64,000 nt of DNA. Source: Rebecca billardiae RCC1528. Lineage: Eukaryota > Protista > Haptophyta. The notes below the pieces were generated by a model. That model searched no databases. It was not told the origin of the DNA and worked only from the letters and a program-made list of their open reading frames with translations. Shown here piece by piece: positions 22,378 to 35,213 of the stretch. Numbering within the stretch: the stretch's first letter is position 1; each line of letters opens with the position of its first letter. The stretch is taken from the NCBI GenBank assembly GCA_965240325.2, contig OZ251226.1, positions 2,914,001 to 2,978,000 on the forward strand, read 5' to 3'. A program made the position numbers and the translations under genes.

Positions 22378-22965
22378 ATGGGTATCACGCGGCAGAAGTC
22401 GACGGGCTACCGCGCGCGCACGCGCGATCTGTTCTCGCGGGGGCACCGCCAGCATGGCATGGTCGGGCTCTCGACGTTCATGCGCACCTTCAAGGTGGGC
22501 GAGCGCGTCGACATTGTCGCGAACGCGTCGCAGCACAAGGGCATGCCCTTCAAGTTCTACCACGGCCGGACTGGTGTGATCTGGAACGTGACGAAGCGGG
22601 CGGTGGGCGTCGAGGTGAACAAGATTCACCGCCAGCGCCAGATTAAGAAGCGCATCCATGTGCGCCTCGAGCACGTGCGCAAGTCCAACTGCGACGTGCA
22701 GCACAAGCGGCGGTGCAACGAGAACGATGCATACAAGAAGGCGTGCAAGGAGAAGGGGGAGCCGGTCGACCGCAAGATGATGAAGCGGCAGCCGGAGGGG
22801 CCGAAGCCCGCGATGGTCGTGAAGGCCAAGAAGACGTCCGTCGAGACGCTCACCGCGCTGCCCTACGTCTTCAAGGCGAAGAACAACACGGAGAACCGCG
22901 GCGACGTCAAGTACAACCCGAAGAAGGAGATCCCGGACATCCCGGGGCCGCCGATGCAGGATTAA
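22378..22965 (+). CDS. RPL21: 60S ribosomal protein eL21
   Basis: GYRARTRDLFSR...FKVGERVDIVAN...KGMPFKFYHGRTGVIWNVTKRAVGVEVNK...KRIHVRLEHVRKS. The true start is ATG 22378. Confidence 0.97.
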   Translation: MGITRQKSTGYRARTRDLFSRGHRQHGMVGLSTFMRTFKVGERVDIVANASQHKGMPFKFYHGRTGVIWNVTKRAVGVEVNKIHRQRQIKKRIHVRLEHVRKSNCDVQHKRRCNENDAYKKACKEKGEPVDRKMMKRQPEGPKPAMVVKAKKTSVETLTALPYVFKAKNNTENRGDVKYNPKKEIPDIPGPPMQD

Positions 22966-23322
22966 GCCCGCTCGTGGTGGGGTGACGCGCACGCGATCTT
23001 GGGCGACGGCCGGAGACTGCGTGGTGACACGAATGGGCGTATCGCGGTGCTGCGTCGCCGTCCGCTGCCGCGGGGCTGCTGACCGTGCCGCACCTAAAAT
23101 TGGCAATCGGAACGGGCAGTGCGGGCACGCCGCACGACCGAGCTGCACGCGTGGCCAGCGCGCGCACAGCGCCGGCACCTGTCGATGATGCCGCCACCCG
23201 CAACGTACTCGAGCATTCGCGCGATGCCGGCCTCCGTGCAATGATAGAATCCCGTACTATGATACATGCACCCTCCCAGTCCCGTGCAAGGACCGGCAGG
23301 ACTGCACAGACAATGGTATGGC

Positions 23323-24434
23323 CAAGGGTAGTAAGGGTGAGCAACTCCGCTGGCGACAGCCGCGAAGGTCGGGAGCCCTCTTTGCCGCGAGCGGAGCGGA
23401 GCGAGTACTATCAGCGGCGGAGGGCGCTGAGGCCGCGCACGGCGTGAGGCGCGGCGTCGGCCGAGTCGGTCCGCAGAGGATGCGCGGCGCTCGGCCCGCT
23501 GCGCAGCAGCAGTGCGCCTCACTTTGCCCCGAGCGCCGTCCTCCGCGTCGCCTCCTTCCCGCCTTGGAGCAGCACGCATGTGCGCGTCGCCACCTCGAAG
23601 GCGGCACGGGCTTGCTCAGACGACCGCGCGCGTGTGGCGCGCGACTTGGTCGACTGCGCGCGCGCGCTGCCGCGGTGCAAGGTAGCGCCACCGCATACGC
23701 GCGCCGTGCCCGCGCGAGCCTTTGCTCACGGCCATCTCACGAGCGTAGTGCTCGCTTGTCTGCTTGCTCTCACGAATGATTCGCTGTGCCTCACGCTGGC
23801 ACTCGTCGGGTCGATCAGCGAGGTGTTGAGTGACATTGGATACCCAGGACGAAGGCCTAGTCTTGTCTATTCCTTCTCAGCACGAATGCAAGTGGACGCT
23901 AAGGCTCCGCATCGATGGTACCAACACTCACGCCGCTGTCTTTTCCGCAGCTTCCCGTCAGTTGGCAAGTCGGATGCCAAGCAGCATTCGACATGTGTGT
24001 GAGGTCGCACTCAGGTCCGCGCACACGCTCTCTCGCTGGCACGGCGCGCGCATGCGGCGGCGCTACCTTGCACCGTGGCAGCGCGCGCGCGCAGCCGACC
24101 AAGTCGCGCGCCACGCGCGCGCGGTCGTCTGAGCAAGCCCGTGCCGCCTTCAAGGTGGCGGCGCGCACATGCGTGCTGCTCCAAGGCGGGCAGGAGGCGA
24201 CGCCGAGGACGGCGCTCGGGGCAAAGTGAGGCGCACTGCCGCTGCGCAGCGGGCCGAGCGCCGCGCATCCTCCGCGGACCGACTCGGCCGACGCCGCGCC
24301 TCACGCCGTGCGCGGCCTCAGCGCCCTCCGCCGCTGATAGTACTCGCTCCGCTCCGCTCGCCCGCGCGGCAAACAGAGGGCTCCCGACCTTCGCGGCTGT
24401 CGCCAGCTGGAGTTGCTCACCCTTACTACCCTTG
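23323..24434. mobile_element. Non-autonomous foldback DNA transposon, P/Galileo-like (about 390-bp TIRs, 7-bp TSD GTATGGC)
   Basis: Arms 23323-~23710 and ~24038-24434 are near-identical reverse complements. Termini CAAGGG/CCCTTG; GTATGGC at 23316-23322 and 24435-24441; about 330-bp spacer with no transposase. Confidence 0.88.
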
Positions 24435-24505
24435 GTATGGCGGCCCCGGACGCACAGTGGCTGCCGCTCGCTAGGCGCTCTGGACGACGGTTGGGCTCGA
24501 TCAGC

Positions 24506-25654
24506 ATGAACTCCAACTCCACGCTCACCGAGGGCAAGTTTGCGCCCGGCCAGAGAAAGCGGGTTGTGCTAGGCTTCATCGCGTGCGCTCTAGCCCTTCC
24601 TCTTGTGATGGATGGCGTGCCGGGAGAGAGCGCACACGCGCACACGCGTCTGGCCTCGGGGCCCAACTCGAGTGGGCGAGGAAGTGCACACGCGCACGCG
24701 GCGCAGCTCAATACGAGCCGCCCCGCGCGAATGCTTGCCGCAGGCAGACTGTGCACATGGAACTCGCTCGAGTACTCGGAGAAGTGCAAAGCGACCCGTC
24801 TGCATGGCAGCACGTTGAAGGAGAAGGCACTGCTCGTCACTGCCATGGGAGGGACTGGAACGCACACGGTCGCGATTGAGTTTGCGGCGCGGTACGGCAT
24901 TAAGCTCGGCCACGAGTACGTCGACGACGATGGCTCTGTCTCGTGGCCGTTCGCGGTGAACTCGCAGCACTACCCCGGCTACGCACCGCTCAAGCCGCCC
25001 GGTGCGAGGTTTCGGCGCGTCCTGCACCTCGTCCGCTGCCCCATCGAGACCATAGCCAGCTTCGAGTCGCACCTGCTCGAGAGCTGGAAGTTTGCGGCTC
25101 GCCACTGCCCGAACCACGAGCTGCACTCGCGCATGCAATTCTTGCTCGACCGGCACTGCGCACACTGCAAGGGCGCAGACCCGCACCGCGCCATCTTCGC
25201 GCACAAGGAGCACCTGACCACGAGCGAGCGCGACTTCATCGTCGAGTTCTCCGCCACGCAGTGGGTCTGCTGGAACGAGCACATCGAGTCGTACGTGCCG
25301 CCCGAGCACCGCTTCAGACTGGAGGATAAGCCCTGGTCGGCCATGTGCCGTGCGGGCATGCCCAACCCGACGCGATGTCGCGAGCGTGTGCCCGTCAAGA
25401 ATCGGCGTCAAATGGTGCTCACCCGCCACATCTCTTACAAGTCCGCCTCGGGCAACCAAAAGGTGCGCATGGAGAGGGGCCACAACCTGCTCCTGAAGGC
25501 GGCGCGCTCGCACTCGACGAGCGTTGGCAGCGCAAACCACCGGCATCACATCACGGTGACGCGCGCCATGCTGCAGCGCGTCCTGCCTGGCCATGTGTAC
25601 GCGAAGCTGAAGCAGATGGCTCGACGCTACGGCTACGGAGAGCGGTGCTACTGA
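24506..25654 (+). CDS. Sulfotransferase-like P-loop protein, type II membrane/secreted
   Basis: LLVTAMGGTGTH (5'-PSB-like), LGHE...DGSVSW, VLHLVRCP...IASF (3'-PB-like); N-terminal TM. Alternative start ATG 24437. Confidence 0.7.
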   Translation: MNSNSTLTEGKFAPGQRKRVVLGFIACALALPLVMDGVPGESAHAHTRLASGPNSSGRGSAHAHAAQLNTSRPARMLAAGRLCTWNSLEYSEKCKATRLHGSTLKEKALLVTAMGGTGTHTVAIEFAARYGIKLGHEYVDDDGSVSWPFAVNSQHYPGYAPLKPPGARFRRVLHLVRCPIETIASFESHLLESWKFAARHCPNHELHSRMQFLLDRHCAHCKGADPHRAIFAHKEHLTTSERDFIVEFSATQWVCWNEHIESYVPPEHRFRLEDKPWSAMCRAGMPNPTRCRERVPVKNRRQMVLTRHISYKSASGNQKVRMERGHNLLLKAARSHSTSVGSANHRHHITVTRAMLQRVLPGHVYAKLKQMARRYGYGERCY

Positions 25655-26060
25655 TGAGTGACAATGGTAATGTCACTGATTGAGTGATGAGTCCCGGCAC
25701 TCGTCACCGGCTTGACAGTGACCGTTGCTGAGACTCACAGTTCCTGATGCTGCTGGCCGAATGGGGCACCGGCGCGAAGTGGCGGCAGCAAAGTGAAAGG
25801 GGCGGGCCGGGTCCGGGCGGACCCGGGGGCCACGGGCGGGCCCGCCGGCACGGTCCCGTTTGCACTGATCCGCCGCCCGACTCTAAGCCTATATATAATA
25901 TAATTCGGCCGCCAGCGCAGTCAGTGCACGGCAACTATAGCAAGGCTTCGGACAATGTTGAATGGTGCCTGGCGTCAGCAGTCATATTAGCTAGTCAATA
26001 ATAAATACTGCTATACTATGATACTATACTAAGCTAGTCACGACGTTAGCATGCAGCAGC

Positions 26061-26748
<688 letters not shown>

Positions 26749-27196
26749 TACAGCTTGGAAGGCGCAGCTTGAGAGTCGCCAAGCCGCACGAGAGCAAGGC
26801 ACGAAGCACCATCGTGCAGAGGGCATCACGAAGATGCGGGCCCGGAAACAGCTGCAGCCATCATGCCAGTGGGCACTTCCGAAGGGCGTTCGCTGCGAGT
26901 GAGCGAGAGGCACTGGGCTGCGTCGGTTCGCTCCGCGCCTGATGGAAAAACCCAGTTCACCAATTGGCCGTCCTGTGCCGCCGGCAACCTTGCTTATTTG
27001 CCTACGGCCCAGGAGCATCACAGCGAGTAAGTTGTTCGGGGTCGTTGTGCGAGCGCACAGAGCAGGCTCGAAAGTCCCTCGTGGCACGAGAAGAGGGTGG
27101 CCAAGATGGCAGCCGGACTTGAGCTCGGCCGCCTAGCTCGGGCCGAATGGCAGGCAGGTGTTGATACGGCGCATTGCGCTCCCACCGTCCTCTTAG

Positions 27197-27248
27197 ACAA
27201 TCAGTTATTGTGCCAATAACCCCACACACACACATATCTATCTATCTA

Positions 27249-27330
<82 letters not shown>

Positions 27331-27356
27331 GTGTTATTGGCACAATAATCGATTGT
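27197..27356. repeat. About 27-bp imperfect inverted repeats flanking a (CA)/(TA)n tract
   Basis: acaatcagttattgtgccaataaccc (27197-27222) and ggtgttattggcacaataatcgattgt (27330-27356). Confidence 0.8.
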
Positions 27357-28174
27357 GTCCGCTGGCGAGAAGTACGCGTGGCCATACTACCCGCCGATCG
27401 ACTTTGTCCGCTAGCGTCGCACAGGACGAAGCAGTTGGCTGTTCATTCGACGTCAAGGCACCATCAAACGCGAATGCTGCCGCCGCTTGCCTCTGTACCG
27501 GCCGCGCCTCCAGCTCAGCGGGCCCACTGCTGGTGAAGCGCTATACCTGTTCGCGTACAGCATCTTGGCGGATACAAATCATCCATATCATTCTGGCGCG
27601 GAGCAATCACCCTATGTGCTCTCCATCTCCGCCATCAAGCATCATACAAGCTGCTATGATGCATCAATGACTACAAACTCAGCCTTCCAGCAAAATTCCA
27701 GCTCGATCATCGCGCGATTGGCTTTCACATATATTTCTACTCATCTGCTGCAGCCAGTCGATCGTACATGGGTGGCCCTCTGATCTTGAGCTCAAATGGC
27801 TGGCCGAGGTCTTCATCTTTTTTTTAGACGGCGACGAAGCTGCAGCATGCCAGCAGCTTCTGCTCACCAAGGAGGCTCGCCAAAGTCACACCTCAGATTC
27901 AATCTCGGTGTCTCACTTGCACTCGCTGCTCGGAGAGCCAGCTGCTACCGATCCCAGCTGCTGCGCCCTCGAGCTGCGTGGCTGTTTCGCAGCTGCCGCA
28001 GTGCCAAGTGCTCGTTCCCGCCTGCTTCTGGTCGCTGACTGCTGTGCCCCACGGCAGCCTGCTGTGGGCTGCAACATGTTCTACGACGACGAGAAATCCC
28101 AAGGAGTGTCTGCATCACTAAGTAAGTATGCACCTGCCGCATCTTGGCAGTTGGTTGCGTACGCAAGGTCAAGG

Positions 28175-28391
<217 letters not shown>

Positions 28392-29168
28392 CACACGTAT
28401 ATATTCAGTCTTGTCTTAATCATCAGGCGCCGGGAGCAACGGCAGCTAGCGGTAGTGAGCTACGAGTGCTACGACTCCGCGCAATGTATTAAATTCCCCT
28501 GCTGCTTTAGAACGGGATCCGGGTGAGTCTGGGGTGATCAGACTGGCGAGTGTGAGTGGCTGCCGAAGCTTCCAGCCCTACCCTGGCCAGCCCCCGCAAC
28601 CAACCATCACCCCCACCCAACCTCAAACCGCACTGACCGAGACACCTAGCGCCCTGTCACCACTCCACTGTGGACAGCCCGCCTCCAGAGGGGAGGGGGT
28701 ACTGCAGTTGCCAACCCGGAGCACACCGTACTTACTAGTTACTGTGGCATCTATCTAGCTGTGAGTACCTGTACTGATGACGACTGACTCCGAGTCCGGC
28801 TCCGTCACCCTCACAGTCACAGCTCACTCTGAGCACTCGTCAGGTTTAAAAGACTTAAGTCACTGAGTCAGTCAGGACTCGGTGGCATGAGCATCCCGCA
28901 ATACGGGCCGAGTCTGACTCAGCCTGAGTGCCCAATACTCAATAGTATTCGGGCAATAGTTCACACAAGTATGGTCTAAGTGTCTGACTCTGACTCGGCC
29001 CCAGTGCTCCGCCGGCCAGACCCGGCCCTCACTCGGAGGCTCCGGCTGACTCGGTCGCGGGCAGCCTAATCATCGATCTCACATCTATAGTGTCAGTGGT
29101 GGCACTGAGTAGGTCTGCGGCGGCTTCAAATGCCGGCGCCGTTATATTGGCAGAATCTGTGTCACTCA

Positions 29169-30720
<1,552 letters not shown>

Positions 30721-31219
30721 ACTGTAGGAGTGTAGCAGTAGCTCTATGCTGCACTGGCACGGTATGCGCACTGCGGAGTCTGCTCAGTCAGTAGTCACAG
30801 GCTCGTACGGTCTGACGGTGCAAACAATAATATGCAATTATGATTTATTATCATCGTCGCGTCAATTAATGCCACGCCATTATTTATAATATTGCCCGTT
30901 ACTGACGAGTATAGTTATTCCGCAGGAATGAATCGTGAATCATCAGTGACACGTCGGCGTCAGTGTGCCAGTATTCACTTTCAGTAAGACTAAGTAACAT
31001 GTCGACGCGGCCAGTCCGTAGTACGACGGCGCTTTATATAACTGCTATAGTCGCGTCAATAACAGTGCGGCAGCATCTAATTGACACTAGCTTGTCAATT
31101 AGCAGGACTACAGCCGTTCTGCTAGTTGGAGCGTCGGCCTAAGCCAGCAACGTGAGTCTATGGCGATGATGAATATGCCATGCCAGGCCCAGGGTACACG
31201 CTCGCGAGCACGCGCGTCA

Positions 31220-31669
31220 TCATCGTGTGAGATCAGCATCGCCATCGCAATGTCCATCGAGTAAGTCGCCACCAGACCGGGGGGTCTCGACAGCAAGATG
31301 TGTAGCGAGCAGGGCAGCCAGCTCCTCCTGTTCGAGGGCCTCTTGCTCCTCGTACATCGCAATGGCCATCGCTTCTCTTCTTCGCACCTCGTCCGCCACG
31401 GCCTGCTCCAGCCACAGCAAAAATTCGATGTCCTGCAGCGAGTCATCCTCGTCGTCCTCATCGATAGCAGAGCGCAACTCCTCGCGAACCACGGAAGCAC
31501 ATGTCGTGCTGACATCGCCGCGATGCTGCTGCACGCGTTGCGCGCGGTCAGCCACAGCGCGTTCGACGCATCGTCGGCGTAGACGCTCCGCGGATGCGGA
31601 TAGGTCTCGCGCCTTCAAGGGCTGCCTCGCTACTCGCGGCGTCGTGAGGGGCGACCTGCTGAGCGACAT
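31220..31669 (-). CDS. RPA-interacting protein (RPAIN/RIP)-like, N-terminal and middle regions
   Basis: ERLRRRCVERAVADRAQRVQQHR followed by acidic LEQ...E.RRRE...I.MYEE resembles the RPA_interact N/M domains; no C-terminal zinc finger seen. Confidence 0.55.
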   Translation of the reverse strand: MSLSRSPLTTPRVARQPLKARDLSASAERLRRRCVERAVADRAQRVQQHRGDVSTTCASVVREELRSAIDEDDEDDSLQDIEFLLWLEQAVADEVRRREAMAIAMYEEQEALEQEELAALLATHLAVETPRSGGDLLDGHCDGDADLTR

Positions 31670-31803
31670 GCGCCAGCGCCGGGTTGCGCAGCCGAAGCAC
31701 CCGCTTGTCGAAGCCGAGGACACCCTTCCGCTTGGCTTATCACCGAGCAACCGGAGTTCTTCATGCCCCTTGGCCCTTGCCTCGCCGCCACCGCCTGGGC
31801 AAG

Positions 31804-32749
31804 ATGGCGGACGAGGACTCCGCGCGCCCCGCGTTCTCCAAGCCCAAGGGCGGGCGGTCGTTCCGCAAGCGCAAAGTGGATGCCGACGAAAGCGATGCCG
31901 TGGGCTCAGCAGCACCTGAGCAAGCCGAGCCCGAGCAGCTGAGCTCGCTCCAGGCCATGCGAGAGCTCCAACGCCAGCGTCAGCGCCAGCGCGGCGTGAC
32001 ACTGGAGGCGAAGGGCGAGCTTGACATTGACGAGCAGGTTGGAAGGGACGGGGTGGCCAACGAAGAGCCGGGCGACGTCGCCGCCGTACTCGACGCCACC
32101 TTCACGCAGCAGACCGAAGCCGGCGACGTGGACCCGAACATGCTCAAGTACATTGAGGAGGCAATGGGCACGCGACAGGATGGTGACGGCGATGAGGCGG
32201 CCGGCGGTGCTCCAGATGACGATGAGGATGAGTTGTACACGACGCCAGCGTTCCTGCAGCCGAAGCCATCGGCACAGGCGGCTGCGCAGGGCGATCGCGA
32301 GGACGCCCAGCGCTGGCTCGCGGGCATCGAGGAGGTCGCGCTCAGCGTGGAGGACAAGTTGTGCAACGTGGAGGCGACCGAGCGCGCCAAGGCCAAGATG
32401 CTGGACAAGCTCGAGGCGAAGATGCGGCGTGGCACAACACACCCACAGGAGCGTTCGGGTGGGCCGGGTGGATCGGCCAACCAGCGCGACCAGCCCGCGC
32501 TGCCTGGCAACTTCACCTCGAATTTCGCCATGCACCGCAAGAGTGCGCGCACCGGCCGCATCCCTTGCGCGCGTTCCCAAGGCTGCGGTCGCACACGCAG
32601 GGGCACTCACACGAGCGACGTGCCTGATGACTCCGTCTGCGCCCCACGCACTGCCCGTGCACCCACACTCGCCCGCAGGTTTTGCGATGGCACAGAAACC
32701 AGGCGGGGGCCGCGGCGGGGGCCGTGGCGGTGGTTTCGACCGCCGCTGA
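31804..32749 (+). CDS. TLS1: Splicing factor C9orf78/TLS1 (Hep59) homolog; intron 32543-32678
   Basis: MRELQRQRQRQRGV, FTQQT...DVDPNMLKYIEE, LY..P, LAGIEEVAL.VEDKL.NVEATERAK and P.NF..NF motifs. Confidence 0.85.
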
Positions 32750-32783
32750 GCCTGACGATGACCATGTCCATCGAATCAGAGCT

Positions 32784-33509
32784 TCATCGACGATGAATGA
32801 TGCGGATCCTAAATGATGCCATCGTCTCAATATCCGCCCGCTCGACGACTGCTCTACGGTACTCTGTACGCGGGCGGACGGCTGTGCCCGCCGACGTGCG
32901 GCGCGTTGCGCGCCTCCTAAGGCAGCCGCGCGACGGACCGAGCGGGCGGTCGGGCGCGCAGCCGCCTCGGGCACCGTCCCGACCTGCGTTTGTCAGGTCG
33001 GCATAGTCTGCTGCCAGCCCGCGCTCAGCGGCGACAAACTCGGCCGGAGCACGGCACATGTTTTGCGCTGCGCTGCTGGCAGTGATCAACGATGGCGGCG
33101 GCGAGAGCCGGACCACCGCACCCAAACGACAGCCGGAGGCGGGCCTAGTCTCACCGCCGAGCGAGCGCACAGGCATGTCCCCCGCGTCGGGCGGCGCGCG
33201 GTCCCAGGTGAGCACATTCTCGCCAACCAGCTCGAGCGCGGCACACGCATGCTCCTCGCATACGTAGCACACATCTGCTTCCACGGCGCTGCCCGCGTTG
33301 GCGCTAGCCACAGCCAGACTCGCGCCGGTGCGGGCGCGGCATGCGAGAAGTCGACGAAACTTGGCAGCGCGTGCGCCCTCGATCGCATTCCAAGTGCGTC
33401 TGACCGCACACGCCGGCACCGCGCACCGAGCGCTCTCCGGGAGCGACCTCCACGGCATACAACACAGGGGGGGCATAGTATGAGTGTCGAGTCTGAAACG
33501 CCTCGGCAT
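32784..33509 (-). CDS. Hypothetical protein
   Basis: 241-aa ORF with protein-like segments (VCYVCEEH...VLTWD; EYRRAVVERADIETMASFRIRI); start and splicing uncertain. Confidence 0.4.
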   Translation of the reverse strand: MPRRFRLDTHTMPPLCCMPWRSLPESARCAVPACAVRRTWNAIEGARAAKFRRLLACRARTGASLAVASANAGSAVEADVCYVCEEHACAALELVGENVLTWDRAPPDAGDMPVRSLGGETRPASGCRLGAVVRLSPPPSLITASSAAQNMCRAPAEFVAAERGLAADYADLTNAGRDGARGGCAPDRPLGPSRGCLRRRATRRTSAGTAVRPRTEYRRAVVERADIETMASFRIRIIHRR

Positions 33510-33619
33510 GGGTGCTCATCTCGAGGCGCGCGCTCTCGCGCAGGCGCGGCGGGGGCGGAACTACGGGCGCGGGGGAGGGGAGCGCGCATATTCTTGCAGA
33601 CCTTGGGGCTGCCCACACG

Positions 33620-33631
33620 CAAGGGCCCTTG
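33620..33631. mobile_element. Putative transposon excision footprint CAAGGGCCCTTG with 7-bp TSD CCACACG
   Basis: CCACACG(33613-33619)-CAAGGG|CCCTTG-CCACACG(33632-33638). Confidence 0.7.
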
Positions 33632-34008
33632 CCACACGTGTCCCGGACAGCGAACGAGTGCACTCGTCGACCAAATCTCCGCCCGGGAGGTGCCGCGACG
33701 GATCTCACGCGCGTCCGCGCCTGCACGGGCACACCGCGTCATGATTAATTATTGTGCTTTTCGCGCGTGTTCGCGGGAACCCGTGCGGTAGCTCGAGGGT
33801 AAAGCGGTAAACCGCAAATGAAAACTGCGGGGGCCTGGCGGCCTTGTCCCGGTGGGGCTGGTCGAACACAGCGCGTCTAGGACGCGACGGAGAAGCTTGC
33901 CAGGGCCGGCAGACCCGACGACGATGGGACGAGTTGGCCGTTCAGCGCTGACCGTAAGTAACGGTATCATCCGGGCTGCCGCGTCTTCTGAGCGCGTCGC
34001 GCGTGCGA

Positions 34009-34672
34009 TTAAGCCAGGCGCGGCAGCGCGGCACTCTTCTGCAAGGCCCACCGAGGCGCACGGCGAGGCGCGCGTCGATGCAGTCGTCGCTGCGCACGGC
34101 CGCTCGGGCACGACGGCACGGCAACGCAACCGACTAGTAGCACGGCGTAGACTCCTGCAGCCGTCGCTGAGCACGGCCCGTCGGGCACGACGTGGTACGA
34201 GCGGCTCGCGTCGGTGTGCATGTTGTGTCGTGCAGCTCGCGCCGGCGGGCACGCACCTCCGCGATGGCGCCGCGAGCCGCGGGCGGCGCGGGTGACGGCT
34301 CGAAGGCCGCGCCCGTTGATGACGAGCCAGGGAGAGTAATAGTCGGGCAAGTCGGCGAGCGGGTGGCTTATGGTAGGCTTGTGGTACAAGCTTCTCCATG
34401 AGGCCGTTCGTGCACGTCATCTGATGCGGCTGCGGCTGCTTGATCGCCGCCACGTGCCGCTGGATCTCCGCCAGATCGGCGCAGTTCCTCGCGACGCCGA
34501 CGATGGCATCTGGCGCTGGGTTCGGCGGAGGCCCGCGGAGCTGATCCTCGTCGCGCACGTGTGTGCGAGCGCGAGTGCCGGCAGCGTCGTCGAGCCACGC
34601 CGGCGGAGCGCCAATCTGCGTGTCGCGCGCGGCCTTCGCCGCCTGCAGCAGCGCGCTGAGCTCGTTCGTCAT
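34009..34672 (-). CDS. Hypothetical protein or gene fragment
   Basis: MTNELSALLQAAKAARD...QMTCTNGLMEKL looks coding; the continuation needs a splice or frameshift. Confidence 0.3.
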
Positions 34673-35213
34673 ACTCAATCGTGTGTGCCGAGCGCACGCG
34701 GCGCGGCGGCGAAGCACTCTCAATGTGGAAGGGATGGTCGTAGAAAAGCGTCAACAAATAGGTGAGAATCGCAACGACGTCCCTATGAGGCGCGCTCAAA
34801 AAGGTAACGACATGCGTTCTCGATTCCCAAGGCGTGCCTAATCAAAAAACGGTTGAGGCCCAGTTGTTCGTATTCCTACTCCGGTATTACTTTCCTCAGC
34901 AGTATTGGACACACAATTAAAGGGGGTCGGAGCTGGGTCTCCCAGAGCTTTGAATACAATTAAAATTCCTTAAAGCTGTGTTCACCAGAATAATCACGAA
35001 TAAGTATGGGGGTACTCTGTGTGACTTGGTGTGAGCAAAGGACCAACTGACGCACGTGCAGCTCAATGAGGCAGGCGAGATTACTTACCCTTATTATCAC
35101 CGGCACGCAAGTGGACGGTGGCGGGATTATTCCTTCCCGGGTGCACGCCGGTCCCTGAAAAGATGATCACTCTGTATTTGATGCAAACTTCGGGACGAGG
35201 ATTGCCCACAATC

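Noticed and set aside
25651-25690. CTGATGAG followed by a short stem, hammerhead-like
   Set aside because: The GAAA core after stem II is missing, and CTGA overlaps the gene's stop codon.
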